Positions 19,390 to 29,069 of a stretch of 64,000 nucleotides of DNA are shown here, in pieces. Position 1 is the stretch's first letter, and every line of letters starts with the position of its first letter. Under the pieces are notes generated by a model, which saw nothing but the letters and a program-made list of their open reading frames with translations, did no database searches and was not told where the DNA came from. Source of the stretch: Alphaproteobacteria bacterium (GTDB lineage Bacteria > Pseudomonadota > Alphaproteobacteria > UBA828). A program made the translations under genes and the position numbers. The stretch is taken from the NCBI GenBank assembly GCA_965220745.1, contig CBDCQT010000012.1:1-64000 (forward strand). Direction: 5' to 3'.

Positions 19390-21564
19390 TCAGTTCACCG
19401 TCACCGACGGATCGTCTCGTCCCCAGATCATGCGCTCGCGGAGGAAGGGCTGCGGCCGCCGCGGATTTTCCGATTCGAACTCTCGGGCGAGGCGGTGTGC
19501 GTCGAAGATCGCATCGCCGGTAAGCCGGGGTGCATAGCAATCGCCGGCTTGGTAGATACCCGCGATTCCTTCTTCTTCCCACTTTTCGCGACGCTCCCAT
19601 AGCGACTTGTAGAGTTCGCTGTTCGCGAGCCGCGCCGTGACCAGAATCACGGTATCTGCGTCGATGGTCTGGGTCTCCTCGCCCATCCTGCGTACATGCT
19701 CGCCGGGTCTCGGCTCGATGGTGCGCTTGTAGCCGTCCCGAGAGAGGCTGAAGAGCTTCACCTTCACCACGTTGCCTGGATCGCACTCCTCGACCCACGT
19801 GCCGCCATATTGGGTGATGCCTTTTTCGTGCAGCACGCGATGCAGGTTGGGGGCCTCCAAGGTGTACTCCATCAACGGTGCGGCCTCGGAGAACTGCGTG
19901 ACGATCGAGACCTGCTTGCCCCGGTCGGCCAGCATCTCGGCCATGCTGACGCCAGTGAAGTACCCGTCGGCATCGAGAATGACGACACGCTCGCCGACAT
20001 CCTTGCCCGCCATGATCTGCTCGGGCGTTGCGAAGTGGGGCGCCGCTGCATCGATGCCCGGAACCGGCGCCATCGTGATGTGACTGAAGCCGTCCGTCGC
20101 CCACCGGGAGCCGGTGCAAAGTACCACCTTATCGGCGCCGTACGTCAGCACGTCGTCCGATTCGAGGCGGGCGTTCGTGTGCACCTCGACGTTCTTGAGC
20201 TTGTCGAGCTGAGCCTGCCGGTAGCTAGTGATGCGGCCCCATTCCGCCATGCCCGGATAGCGCATGACGTCTCGGATATGCCCGCCGATTTCGGATTCCG
20301 CCTCGCAGACGTGCACATCGTAGCCCCGCTGGCCCAGAACGCGAGCGGCCTCGGTCCCGGCGGGCCCTGCGCCGACCACGAGAACCGATCCGGCGTCCTC
20401 TACGTGATCGAATTTTTCCGGGTGCCAGCCGCGGCGATATTCCTCGTTGGCGACGGGGTTCTGCGTGCAAACGAGCGCAGTGCCCCGCTCCCATCGTGAG
20501 ATGCAGATATTGCAGCCGATGCACTCGCGGATGTCTTCGAGCCGTCCTTCCTCGATCTTCTGGGGCAGGAAGGGATCGGCGATCGAGGGGCGCGCGCCGC
20601 CGATGATGTCCGCCTGTCCGGAACTGATCACGTGGACCATGTCGTCCGGACTGGTGAAGCGCCCCACGTTGATCACCGGTACCTTGGCGACGCTCTTGAC
20701 GTGCTTCGTGAACGGCGCCTGGTGGTTCGCCTTGTAGAAGCGGGACGGGCCGGCATCTTCGCCCCACTCGCTGAACGTGGAAACGTTCACGTCCCACAGA
20801 TCCACCAGGCCGCGCTGGGTGGCGAGCTCGATAAACCCGATGCCGTCATCCTCCGCCTGCACGCCGTCTGGCCCCATGATCTGATCGATCGAAATTCGCA
20901 CGGCGATCGCGCATTCATGGCCGACGGCCTCTTTCACCTTTTCGATGGTCTCCAGCCAGAAGCGCGCGCGATTCTCGAAGGAACCGCCGTACTTGTCGGT
21001 CCGCTTGTTGTAGAAGCGAGATAAAAACTGCACTGGCAAGACGCCGTGCGAGCCGTAGACGTACACGATGTCGAAGCCGGCCTGCACGGCCCGTTTCGCG
21101 GACTCAACGTACATGTCCTGGAGCTCGATGATCTCGTCTTCGTCGGGCTCGTGCGAGTAAGTGCCGATCGACCAATCCGAGGTCGATTGCGTGGGAGACG
21201 ACGGAGCGGCTCGCGTCTCCAGGTTCGCCGACGCCGAGCCCATATGCCAAAGCTCGACACCGGCGAGCGCATCCCACTTGTGCAGGCTGTCGCACATATG
21301 CCGAAGATTGATGATGTCGCCGTCGTCCCAGAGGCAGGCCAGCACGCCCGGCGAGGTGTCGGCCTCGTGGTCGATCGAGCAAGCCTCGGTACAGACGCCG
21401 CCCCATCCGCCTTCGGCCTTCATGCCCCGAAATGCGGCCTGTGTGCCTGGCCGCTCCGAACCCGCGCCGTTGCAGTGCGGAACCTGGTAGAAGCGGTTCT
21501 TCATCGTCTTCGGGCCGAACTGGATGGGCTCGAAGAGGACGTCGTACTTGGGGTCTCGCGCCAT
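19390..21564 (-). CDS. Trimethylamine/dimethylamine/histamine dehydrogenase-family Fe-S flavoprotein
   Basis: N-terminus ARDPKYDVLFEPIQFGPKT..NRFYQVPHC nearly matches TMADH as I recall it; YVYGSH, WGEDAGPSRF, CIGCNIC..C cluster, GAGPAG. Confidence 0.9.
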   Translation of the reverse strand: MARDPKYDVLFEPIQFGPKTMKNRFYQVPHCNGAGSERPGTQAAFRGMKAEGGWGGVCTEACSIDHEADTSPGVLACLWDDGDIINLRHMCDSLHKWDALAGVELWHMGSASANLETRAAPSSPTQSTSDWSIGTYSHEPDEDEIIELQDMYVESAKRAVQAGFDIVYVYGSHGVLPVQFLSRFYNKRTDKYGGSFENRARFWLETIEKVKEAVGHECAIAVRISIDQIMGPDGVQAEDDGIGFIELATQRGLVDLWDVNVSTFSEWGEDAGPSRFYKANHQAPFTKHVKSVAKVPVINVGRFTSPDDMVHVISSGQADIIGGARPSIADPFLPQKIEEGRLEDIRECIGCNICISRWERGTALVCTQNPVANEEYRRGWHPEKFDHVEDAGSVLVVGAGPAGTEAARVLGQRGYDVHVCEAESEIGGHIRDVMRYPGMAEWGRITSYRQAQLDKLKNVEVHTNARLESDDVLTYGADKVVLCTGSRWATDGFSHITMAPVPGIDAAAPHFATPEQIMAGKDVGERVVILDADGYFTGVSMAEMLADRGKQVSIVTQFSEAAPLMEYTLEAPNLHRVLHEKGITQYGGTWVEECDPGNVVKVKLFSLSRDGYKRTIEPRPGEHVRRMGEETQTIDADTVILVTARLANSELYKSLWERREKWEEEGIAGIYQAGDCYAPRLTGDAIFDAHRLAREFESENPRRPQPFLRERMIWGRDDPSVTVN

Positions 21565-21578
21565 GATTACACTCCCTA

Positions 21579-21603
21579 CAGACCGGCAGACCGGCAGACC
21601 GGC
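21579..21603. repeat. 8-bp tandem repeat (CAGACCGG)x3 in the dehydrogenase leader
   Basis: Read directly just upstream of the RBS. Confidence 0.8.
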
Positions 21604-21957
21604 GCACGGCATAACTTCTGTTCGGCAGCTTAAGTGGCTTCGAATTGGCAGGCAAGCACGTGCCAACTCAGCGCCGCGCAACGTCTGGTTTTCGATCCGG
21701 TGCCGATCGCGCGGCGTGGCGCCGTTACACGTCAGAAATAGAACAGCTGCTCCTGCGTGACGCCCTCATCTCCAAAGCTGATCATGCCGGCCCCGACAAT
21801 GTCGCCGACCTGCCACTTGCACCATGCGGTGCCGCCCTCGACCACGACATCGGTGATGTCCATCCTGTCGCCGATCTTTCTCAGCTCGGCGATGTAGCCC
21901 TGATCCTCCCCCATCGAGTTGGTCCACCCTTAGGTTATGGAAAGAGGAGGACCGACG

Positions 21958-22236
21958 ATGGCAAGGAAGCGTTACAAGCCCGAGGAGATCGTGAGCCTGC
22001 TGCGGCGGGCTGAGGTTCTGAACGGCCAGGGCATGTCGATGGCGGACGCGATCCGCGAGCTTGGGATCAGCGAGGTTACCTTCTACCGCTGGCGCAAGGA
22101 GTATGCCGGGATGAGCGGCGATCAGCTCCGCCGTTTGAAGGAGCTCGAGAAGGAGAACGAGCGGCTGCGCCGTGCGGTCTCCGATCTGACGCTGGACAAG
22201 CAGATTCTCAAAGAGGCCGCAGGGGGAAACTTCTAA
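21958..22236 (+). CDS. IS3 transposase OrfA (HTH)
   Basis: ARKRYKPEEI...GISEVTFYRWRKEY...LKELEKENERL; slippery GGGAAAC at 22224-22230. Confidence 0.92.
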   Translation: MARKRYKPEEIVSLLRRAEVLNGQGMSMADAIRELGISEVTFYRWRKEYAGMSGDQLRRLKELEKENERLRRAVSDLTLDKQILKEAAGGNF

Positions 22237-23129
22237 GCCCCTCGCGCCGGCGCCAGTGCATCGATCATGTCTGTGACCGGCTCGGGGTCTCGGAACGCCG
22301 CGCTTGCCGGGTGCTGGGGCAGCACCGCTCGACCCAGCGCCGCATCCCGCGCGGCCGCGACGACGAGGACCGCCTGGTCGCGTACATGATCGAGCTGGCC
22401 CGCCAGTACGGCCGTTACGGCTATCGCCGCATCGCGGCCCTGCTTCGCGATGCCGGCTGGCAGGTCAACGACAAGCGGATCGAGCGCTTGTGGCGGCGCG
22501 AGGGGCTGAAGGTGCCCGGCAAGCAACCGAAGCGGGGCCGGCTTTGGCTCAATGACGGCTCCTGCATCCGGCTGCGCGCCGAGAGGGCGGATCACGTCTG
22601 GTCCTACGACTTCGTCCATCACCGGACGTATGACGGCAGGGCCTTCCGCATGCTCAACGTCCTGGACGAGTTCACCCGCGAGAGCCTGGTCATCCGGGTG
22701 CGCAGGAGGCTTTCCTCGATCGACGTCATCGATGTGCTGACCGACCTGTTCATCCTGCGCGGCATTCCGACCTGGATCCGTTCCGACAACGGTCCGGAGT
22801 TCGTCGCCGAGGCCGTCAGGCGGTGGATCGCTGCGGTCAGCGCCCGCACCGCCTTCATCGAGCCGGGCTCACCCTGGGAGAACGGCTACATCGAGAGCTT
22901 CAATGCGCGGCTGCGCGACGAGCTCCTGAACGGGGAGATCTTCTACACCCTGAAGGAAGCCCAGGTTCTCATCGAATCGTGGCGGTGCCATTACAACGCG
23001 ATCCGCCCACACGGCAGCCTGGGATACCGGCCGCCCGCCCCGGAGACGATCATCATGCCAAGCTGGCCGCCCGGCTCCGCTACGCTCCGCCGGCCACCCA
23101 GCTTGGCCGAGGAACCCGCGATGCACTAA
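22227..23129 (+). CDS. IS3 transposase OrfB (DDE), expressed by -1 frameshift
   Basis: YGYRRI, WSYDF, RSDNGPEF, PGSPWENGYIESFN, RPHGSLGY. Confidence 0.92.
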   Translation, partial: KLLSPSRRRQCIDHVCDRLGVSERRACRVLGQHRSTQRRIPRGRDDEDRLVAYMIELARQYGRYGYRRIAALLRDAGWQVNDKRIERLWRREGLKVPGKQPKRGRLWLNDGSCIRLRAERADHVWSYDFVHHRTYDGRAFRMLNVLDEFTRESLVIRVRRRLSSIDVIDVLTDLFILRGIPTWIRSDNGPEFVAEAVRRWIAAVSARTAFIEPGSPWENGYIESFNARLRDELLNGEIFYTLKEAQVLIESWRCHYNAIRPHGSLGYRPPAPETIIMPSWPPGSATLRRPPSLAEEPAMH

Positions 23130-23419
23130 CATTCGACCTGGACCAGTCGACGGGGGCAGGTCAGCCCGACAGGTCGCTCTTTCTGTAGACAGCTCCGTCC
23201 TTGTCCAAAAGCTTGTAGTCGTCCGTCACGTTTGCGGCGATTTCTTCAGCGTTCAAACCACTGAAACCGCCGGCATACCCACCCAACTTGTCCGCTGCTG
23301 ACATGTCTCTCTTCTCCAGCCCGTGTTGAGGTCATTCAAGATAGCCGGGTCGGACGGTTGTCGCGCATCAACCGTCGCCACACAAGCCAAGACGCTCCGG
23401 GCCCTTGGCCGGTGCAGGA

Positions 23420-24289
23420 TCAGGTGCCCGCGCCATTCAGGAACGTGTCGATATCGGGGGTTCGATAGCCGTCGCAGGTCCACAGAACCGGAAAGTAGTT
23501 CTCGTCGATGGTGTTGTCGCCGAGCCGCTTGTAGCGGCTGTAGATGGAGCCGACACCTTGGCCCAAGCACTCAGGGACGTAGCGCGTGTCGCTTCGCATA
23601 GCGTGCAGCACGAGAGAGCGGCGGGGGACCGTCGCGGCGTTGTCGCCGGAGCCGTGCCAGGTCCAGCCGTGATGGAAGGAGCCGCCGCCCTTGGGCACCT
23701 CCACGTGGACGATTTCCGGCTCGACATCCTCCTTGGCAGCCGCCTTCTCCATGTACTTGCGGTAGTCCTTGGGGCCGTGGAACTCGCCTTCGGGGAGTGA
23801 GTGGTGCCACCGGTGCGATCCGCGCACGAACTCGAGCGTCCCTGCATCGGCCCTGGTGTCGTCGAGCGCCATCCAGCAGCTCAGCAACTCCGTCGGCTGA
23901 AACCAATGCAGATAGGCGTTGTCCTGGTGAAGAGCCAGCGGCCGTGTGCCGGGCGGCTTCCACAGCACGTTATCGACCATCAAGCGCGCGCCCGGCCAGC
24001 CGCCGAGTGTGGCGATCGCCTTGCCCAGGTCGGCCCTCATGACCACCGACGCGATCGTCCGATCCGCCTTCCATGCGTTGCAGATTTGCCGGGTCAGGGA
24101 AGGATCGCTCTCACCCTCCTGCCAGTTGACTTCGTCCGGCAGGACTCCGGTTTCGAATTCGCCGCGAAAGAGCTTTTCGTAGCGCTCGCTCACCGCCTCG
24201 ACCGTCTCGTCATCGATCAGCCTGTCGACGACCAGAAAGCCGTCTTTGTTGAACTGGTCTATCTGTGCCGGCGTGAGCTCGAATGCCAT
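23420..24289 (-). CDS. Phytanoyl-CoA dioxygenase (PhyH) family protein
   Basis: KPPG...HQDNAY, WMALDD...GTLEFVRGSH, WHGSGDN. Confidence 0.9.
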   Translation of the reverse strand: MAFELTPAQIDQFNKDGFLVVDRLIDDETVEAVSERYEKLFRGEFETGVLPDEVNWQEGESDPSLTRQICNAWKADRTIASVVMRADLGKAIATLGGWPGARLMVDNVLWKPPGTRPLALHQDNAYLHWFQPTELLSCWMALDDTRADAGTLEFVRGSHRWHHSLPEGEFHGPKDYRKYMEKAAAKEDVEPEIVHVEVPKGGGSFHHGWTWHGSGDNAATVPRRSLVLHAMRSDTRYVPECLGQGVGSIYSRYKRLGDNTIDENYFPVLWTCDGYRTPDIDTFLNGAGT

Positions 24290-24310
24290 TCGCGCTTTTC
24301 CTGCACCCCG

Positions 24311-25777
24311 CTAGGGCAAGCAGTCCAGATACATGTTCACATCCCAGTCGGAGACTTGCCAGATGAACTTGTTCCATTCGTCGCGCTTGTACCAATCGTA
24401 GACCCGGTAAAGGTCCCCAGGGAGGGCGGCCTTGACCACGCCGTCATCCGCCAGCGCGTCGAGCGCGTCGCGCAGCGTGGTGGGAATACGTTCGATCGCC
24501 TCGCCCGCGTTCAACAGATCCACGAAGTTCCGGTCTTCGGGCTCCCCAGGATCGATCCGGTTCCTGATGCCGTCGTCGATGGCCTTCAGCAGCGCCGCCT
24601 GCATCAGGTAGGGATTGACCATGCTGTCCACACAACGGAACTCGAGCCGGTCCGGGCTCGAAACGCGAATGGCGCAGGACCTGTTTTGCAGGCCCCACCC
24701 CGCGCCAACCGGTGCCCACAGGCCCGTGTCGTTCAGCCGCCGATAGGAGTTCACCGTAGACGAGCCGATGGCGACCAAAGCGTTGAGGTGCACGAGCATG
24801 CCGCCCAGCGCGTGACGCCCGAGCTCCGAGGGCATCCAGGCGTGGTTCGAATTCTCGATCTCGTTGGTGCCGCCCCTGCGGTAGGTGAAGACGTCGTCCA
24901 TCGCCGGCTGACCCTGGCGGCCGATCGATTGCACCGTGTCCTCGCCACCCCGCCAGAGCGAGAGGTTGTGGTGGCAGCCGTTGCCCGACAGGCTCATGTA
25001 GGGCTTGGACATGAACACCGCGATGAGCCCGCACTCGCGCGCCACCTGCGCGCATAGCTGGCGGTAGGTGGTCAGGCGGTCGCTGGTGCGCAACGCGTCG
25101 TCATACTGAAAGTTCATCTCGATCATGCCGGGCGCGTCCTCGTGATCCGCCTGGATCATGTCGAGGCCCATCGCCGTCCCGTACTCGTAGAGCTTCAGCC
25201 AGACCTCCTGGAGCTGCTCGAACTGATCGATGTGGTAGGCGTAGGGCTTGGTCGTCTCGTAATAGGGCTTCTCCCCGTCGCCCGGCTTCAGCCAAAGCAT
25301 TTCGGGCTCGCAGCCCACACGCATATGCAAGCCGTCGTGATCCTGACGGAATGCGTCGTGGACGCGCCGCAGATTCCCGCGTGAATCCGAGTCAAGAAAT
25401 TCCTCGGGACGGTCCGGATCCTCCCGGCTGAAAAACACGGTGCAGAAGACCCTGGCGACACGTTTGTTCCAGGGAAGCTGGCAGAATGTTTCGGGGTCGG
25501 GGATGGCCAGAAGCTCGGAGGCATTCGGGGGAAACCCGATCAGGTTTCCGTCCCTGTCAGCGAAGACGTTGGTGATGCCGCCGATCCAGGTCTGCATCCC
25601 CTCTTGGGCCGCGCGCTCCCAGTGCTTGGCTGGGATCATCTTGCCCATGATGCGACCGGTGATCGAAATGTACTGGTAGTAAATCGCGTCGATTTCGAGC
25701 GCGTCGATCTTCTTGCGAACCTCGACGACCAACCCGTCGCGGGCGGGATCGTTTAAGTAGTCCTGCAGATCACTCAT
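24311..25777 (-). CDS. Glutamine synthetase-family (gamma-glutamyl-amine ligase-like) protein
   Basis: GCEPE, HEDAPGMIE, FMSKP..GNGCHHNLS, NSYRRL, NRS, LEFR.VDSMVNPYL. Confidence 0.88.
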   Translation of the reverse strand: MSDLQDYLNDPARDGLVVEVRKKIDALEIDAIYYQYISITGRIMGKMIPAKHWERAAQEGMQTWIGGITNVFADRDGNLIGFPPNASELLAIPDPETFCQLPWNKRVARVFCTVFFSREDPDRPEEFLDSDSRGNLRRVHDAFRQDHDGLHMRVGCEPEMLWLKPGDGEKPYYETTKPYAYHIDQFEQLQEVWLKLYEYGTAMGLDMIQADHEDAPGMIEMNFQYDDALRTSDRLTTYRQLCAQVARECGLIAVFMSKPYMSLSGNGCHHNLSLWRGGEDTVQSIGRQGQPAMDDVFTYRRGGTNEIENSNHAWMPSELGRHALGGMLVHLNALVAIGSSTVNSYRRLNDTGLWAPVGAGWGLQNRSCAIRVSSPDRLEFRCVDSMVNPYLMQAALLKAIDDGIRNRIDPGEPEDRNFVDLLNAGEAIERIPTTLRDALDALADDGVVKAALPGDLYRVYDWYKRDEWNKFIWQVSDWDVNMYLDCLP

Positions 25778-25791
25778 TATCGGTGCCGGCC

Positions 25792-27153
25792 CTAAACGAC
25801 TTCGAGATATCGGGCGCGCTCGGCAGCACTGGTTTCGCGGGATAGAGCGGCCACCTCCTGGTGGCACGCTTCCACAAGATGCTGCACGAATGTCTCTCCC
25901 CAGATTTCGCTCGCGCGTTCAGAGCGGGCAAGACGGTCAACAGCTTCGAAGAGATCGTGGGGCAGCGCCGCGCCCCCGGCGACCGTAAGACCCGGGCCCC
26001 CGCCAGTCAATTCGGGGGGGAGTTCGGCATTGGAGTCGAGGCCCCAGAGCCCCGCACCCAGCACGAAGGCCAAGGCGAGGAACGGGTTGATGTCGGAGCC
26101 GGGAAGCCGATATTCGAGCCGGCATCGGTCCGTCGGTTGTGGGACCACGCGGACCGCGGCTGCATAGTTCTGCACCGCCCAGGATGCCGTCTTCGGCGCC
26201 CAATTCTGCGGTGCGTGACGGCGGTATGCATTGGCCGTGTGGTGGGTCAGCGGCATTGCTTCAGGTGCCAGGGCAGCCAGCCCCGCCACGAAAGACCGGA
26301 AGGTCCGGCTCATACCCTTTTCATCGGCTGGGTCGGGGAACAGGTCTTCGCCCGTTTCGCGGTCGGTCAACGACAAATGGATGTGGCCCGAGAGGCCCGG
26401 AAATTGACCGCCGAGCTGAGCCATGAACGACGCCGTTTTGCCCTGCCGCCGGCAATACGCCTTCGTCAGGAGCTTGAAAAACGCCGCATTGTCAGCGGCA
26501 CGCAGCGGGTCGCCGTGACTGAGGGTTGCTTCGAAGCATCCCGGTCCAAGCTCTAGGCCGAGCGCCAACATGTCGATATCGCTCTGAACGAGTATCCGCT
26601 CCAGCTCCGTCACGAAATCCGCGTAAATCGCCGCACTCTCTCCGGCCCAACAACGGTTGTCCTTCGCAAATGTCTTGAGGGTCGAAAACCCCGATTCCCT
26701 CAAGGATTCTGCGTCATCGTCGAGCACCAGAAACTCGAACTCGAAGGCGGCTCGCACACCCAGACCCAGGTCGTCTGCCTTCGCCACCAAGTGTTCCAGC
26801 AAACGTCTTGGCGAGGTTTCGGCGGAGGGGCCGATGTAGTCGGCGACAAGGGCGCAAGCATTGGGCTCGAAGGGGTAGGGACGGAGCGACGCGGGGTCGA
26901 TCGCAATTGGCTCGCCGACAAACGGACCGGCACCGAACACCTGCTCTCCGGTATCCCATTCGTGCACGACGTTGACGAATGTTCCGCCTGGTCCGAATAC
27001 CCTGGTGAGATCGGCTACCCTGACCCGGCGCTCACGGAAGGTGGCATTCAGGTCGAACATACCGACGTGCGCAACGTCGCAGGATTCGGCCATCAGCTTC
27101 TTTACCAAAGCAGTCAAGTCTTGAAATTCGAGGCCGCCAGCCTCACGCTCCAT
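25792..27153 (-). CDS. Glutamine synthetase-family (PuuA-like) protein
   Basis: AFEFEF, ELGPGCFE, ASFMA..GLSGHIHLS, NAYRR, RLEYRLPGSDINPFL. Confidence 0.87.
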   Translation of the reverse strand: MEREAGGLEFQDLTALVKKLMAESCDVAHVGMFDLNATFRERRVRVADLTRVFGPGGTFVNVVHEWDTGEQVFGAGPFVGEPIAIDPASLRPYPFEPNACALVADYIGPSAETSPRRLLEHLVAKADDLGLGVRAAFEFEFLVLDDDAESLRESGFSTLKTFAKDNRCWAGESAAIYADFVTELERILVQSDIDMLALGLELGPGCFEATLSHGDPLRAADNAAFFKLLTKAYCRRQGKTASFMAQLGGQFPGLSGHIHLSLTDRETGEDLFPDPADEKGMSRTFRSFVAGLAALAPEAMPLTHHTANAYRRHAPQNWAPKTASWAVQNYAAAVRVVPQPTDRCRLEYRLPGSDINPFLALAFVLGAGLWGLDSNAELPPELTGGGPGLTVAGGAALPHDLFEAVDRLARSERASEIWGETFVQHLVEACHQEVAALSRETSAAERARYLEVV

Positions 27154-27279
27154 TTTCGTTCCTCCGCATATTGGTTGCCGATCATCCTTCCCGCGCAGTA
27201 TGTGAGCTCACAGGCAATGAGGCCTAGACGATACCGAGTCCGGTCGACTGGCCCCGAGGGAGCGAGCCAGTGCGAATGT

Positions 27280-27710
27280 TAGAGCATTCTTCGGCCACAG
27301 AGAATCTTTAGAATTTTCAATCGCTTGGATTTGTTACTTAGGATGCGGGCTGGTGAAGGAGGCCAACCTGCATGACACGACCTCTTTCGATTGATCTGCG
27401 CCGCCAAGTGGTGACGGCGGTGGTAGATGGCGACATGAGCCGCCGGAGCGCGGCGAAGCGGTTCGGCATCGAGCCGTCGACGGCGATCAAGTGGGTCGCA
27501 GCCTGGCGCCGCGCGGGCAGCTATCGCCCCAGAGCGCAAGGCGGCGACAGGCGCTCGCAGCGGATCGAGGCACGGACAGGGGTGGTCCTCTCGCTGGTGG
27601 ACGAGACCCCGGACTTCACGCTTTCGGAGACCGTCGCCCATCTGGAAGACGAGCACGGTCTGCGGGTCTCACAGAGCACTATGTGGCACCTGTTCCTCCG
27701 CCGGGATGTT
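27280..27710 (+). mobile_element. IS630-family remnant (left end plus orfA HTH only)
   Basis: TAGAGCATT... end homologous to the 36384 end; ORF from 27372 MTRPLSIDLRRQVV closely matches 35909-36292, then breaks off. Confidence 0.85.
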
Positions 27711-27724
27711 TTTTGGCGCCCCAA

Positions 27725-27945
27725 TCAAAACACGACGCGCAGGCCCACGTTCACCAGGTGGTCGCTGCGGGAACCGTCGCCGGTGCGGCCTGAGTAGCCC
27801 AGGACAGCGCTCGCCTGCCCGCCGAGGCTCATCGTCGAGCGCTCGATGTCCACACCGGTTCTGCCCAGGTTCACCGCGCCGCTGAGCTGCAGCCCGCCTT
27901 GCCGCCAGGTTCCGTGCAGCGAGCCGACGGCCGTCTCGCTCTCGA
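27725..27945 (-). pseudogene. C-terminal fragment of an autotransporter/outer-membrane beta-barrel
   Basis: GSLHGTWRQGGLQLSGAVNLGRTGVDIERS...LGYSG...DHLVNVGLRVVF*: alternating beta pattern and terminal Phe. Confidence 0.55.
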
Positions 27946-28880
27946 GGCCGGCAACCGCCACCGCTCGAAGAGCGCGGCACCCTCGCTGTGGGCCCTGCTT
28001 GAGCGCCTCGACCGTGAGCACTGGCCGCGGCTTGTCCGGGGTGACAAGGACTGGGGGAGCGAGGGCACCATGGCGTCGTGCGAGGGGGCTGGCCTGGACT
28101 ATCTGTTCAAGCTGCGCCTGACGCAGGGCGCGCGTCGCCTTGCGGAGCGCCTCATGGGGCGTGACGAGTGGGCGGACGCGGGCCAGGGCTGGTGGGGTAT
28201 CGAGGCCGAGCTTCGCCTGCGGGGTTGGAGCCGGACGCGTCGCGTGGTGGTGCTGCGCCGGCGTCTTCCCGGAACGGTGGCGCTGACGCGTGTCGATGAC
28301 GGCCAGGGCGATCTGTTCTGGGCCGACGCGCAGCCGGGCACCAAGGTGTGGGAGTTCGCGGTTCTGGCGACGTCGCTCGATCTTGAGGTCCGTTCGGTTG
28401 CCCAGCTCTACCGGGACCGGGCTGACGCGGAGAACGGCTTCGACGAGTTGAAGAACCAGTGGGGGTGGGGCGGCTTCACGACACGCGACCTGAAGTGCTG
28501 CCAACACATGGCCCGTCTGATCGCGCTGACCTACAACTGGTGGAGCCTGTTTGTGCGCTTGGCCGATCCCGATCATCACCGCGAGGCGATCACCAGTCGG
28601 CCGCTTCTGCTGCGCGGGATTGCGCGCCGGACCCAGCATGCTGGTCAGACGCGGCTGACGGTGACGTCGAGCCACGGGCGTCGGCGGATGGTGGTCGCAG
28701 CATTGCGGCGCATCACCGGCTTCTTCCGGAGCCTGATGCGAAGTGCGGAGCAGTTGAGCGCCGAGGATCGCTGGCGCCGCATCCTGGCGGAAGCGCTGAA
28801 GAAGTACCTGCGTGGCCGCCAGCCCGGCCGACAGCCCTGGCTGCCGCCGCCTCGACCCGCTCATACGCTCGTTCTCGCTA
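27940..28880 (+). mobile_element. IS1380-family transposase, N-terminally truncated
   Basis: VRGDKDWG, YLFKLR, YRDRADAENGFDELKNQWGWGGFTT, ALTYNWWSLF. Confidence 0.8.
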
Positions 28881-29069
28881 ACGACCACGGGTGCCCGCTA
28901 CGTCGGGCCGCCCGCCGAATACAACGGCCGATCCCGGTGCGGGGTAGCTCCCTGCACCCAGGTGAATAGGCGGGGACCTCACACACCCGTGTGTCGTTAG
29001 CAACGGCCCGGCACCCGCCGGGTCGAGCGAACCGACGCGGAGGGTGTCATAATAATCAGACATATTTCC

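Larger units (their letters stand above)
21901..23163 (+). mobile_element. IS3-family insertion sequence, complete (1263 bp), 4-bp TSD GCCC
   Basis: TG...CA ends, imperfect IRs TGATCCTCCCCCATCGAGTTGGTCCA / TGACCTGCCCCCGTCGACTGGTCCA; GCCC at 21897-21900 and 23164-23167. Confidence 0.95.
21732..23304 (-). pseudogene. Small NTF2/SnoaL-like protein gene interrupted by IS3
   Basis: Joining 23304-23164 to 21896-21732 gives one ORF MSAADKLGG...KSDLSG/YIAELRKIG...QEQLFYF* with an upstream RBS. Confidence 0.8.

Noticed and set aside
21652-21666. Sigma54 promoter (TGGCAC...TTGC) for the dehydrogenase
   Set aside because: Spacing is one base short of the strict GG-N10-GC.
27255-27263. GAGGGAGCG shared with ~39492 as island att repeats
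   Set aside because: Only 9 bp, RBS-like, and expected by chance.
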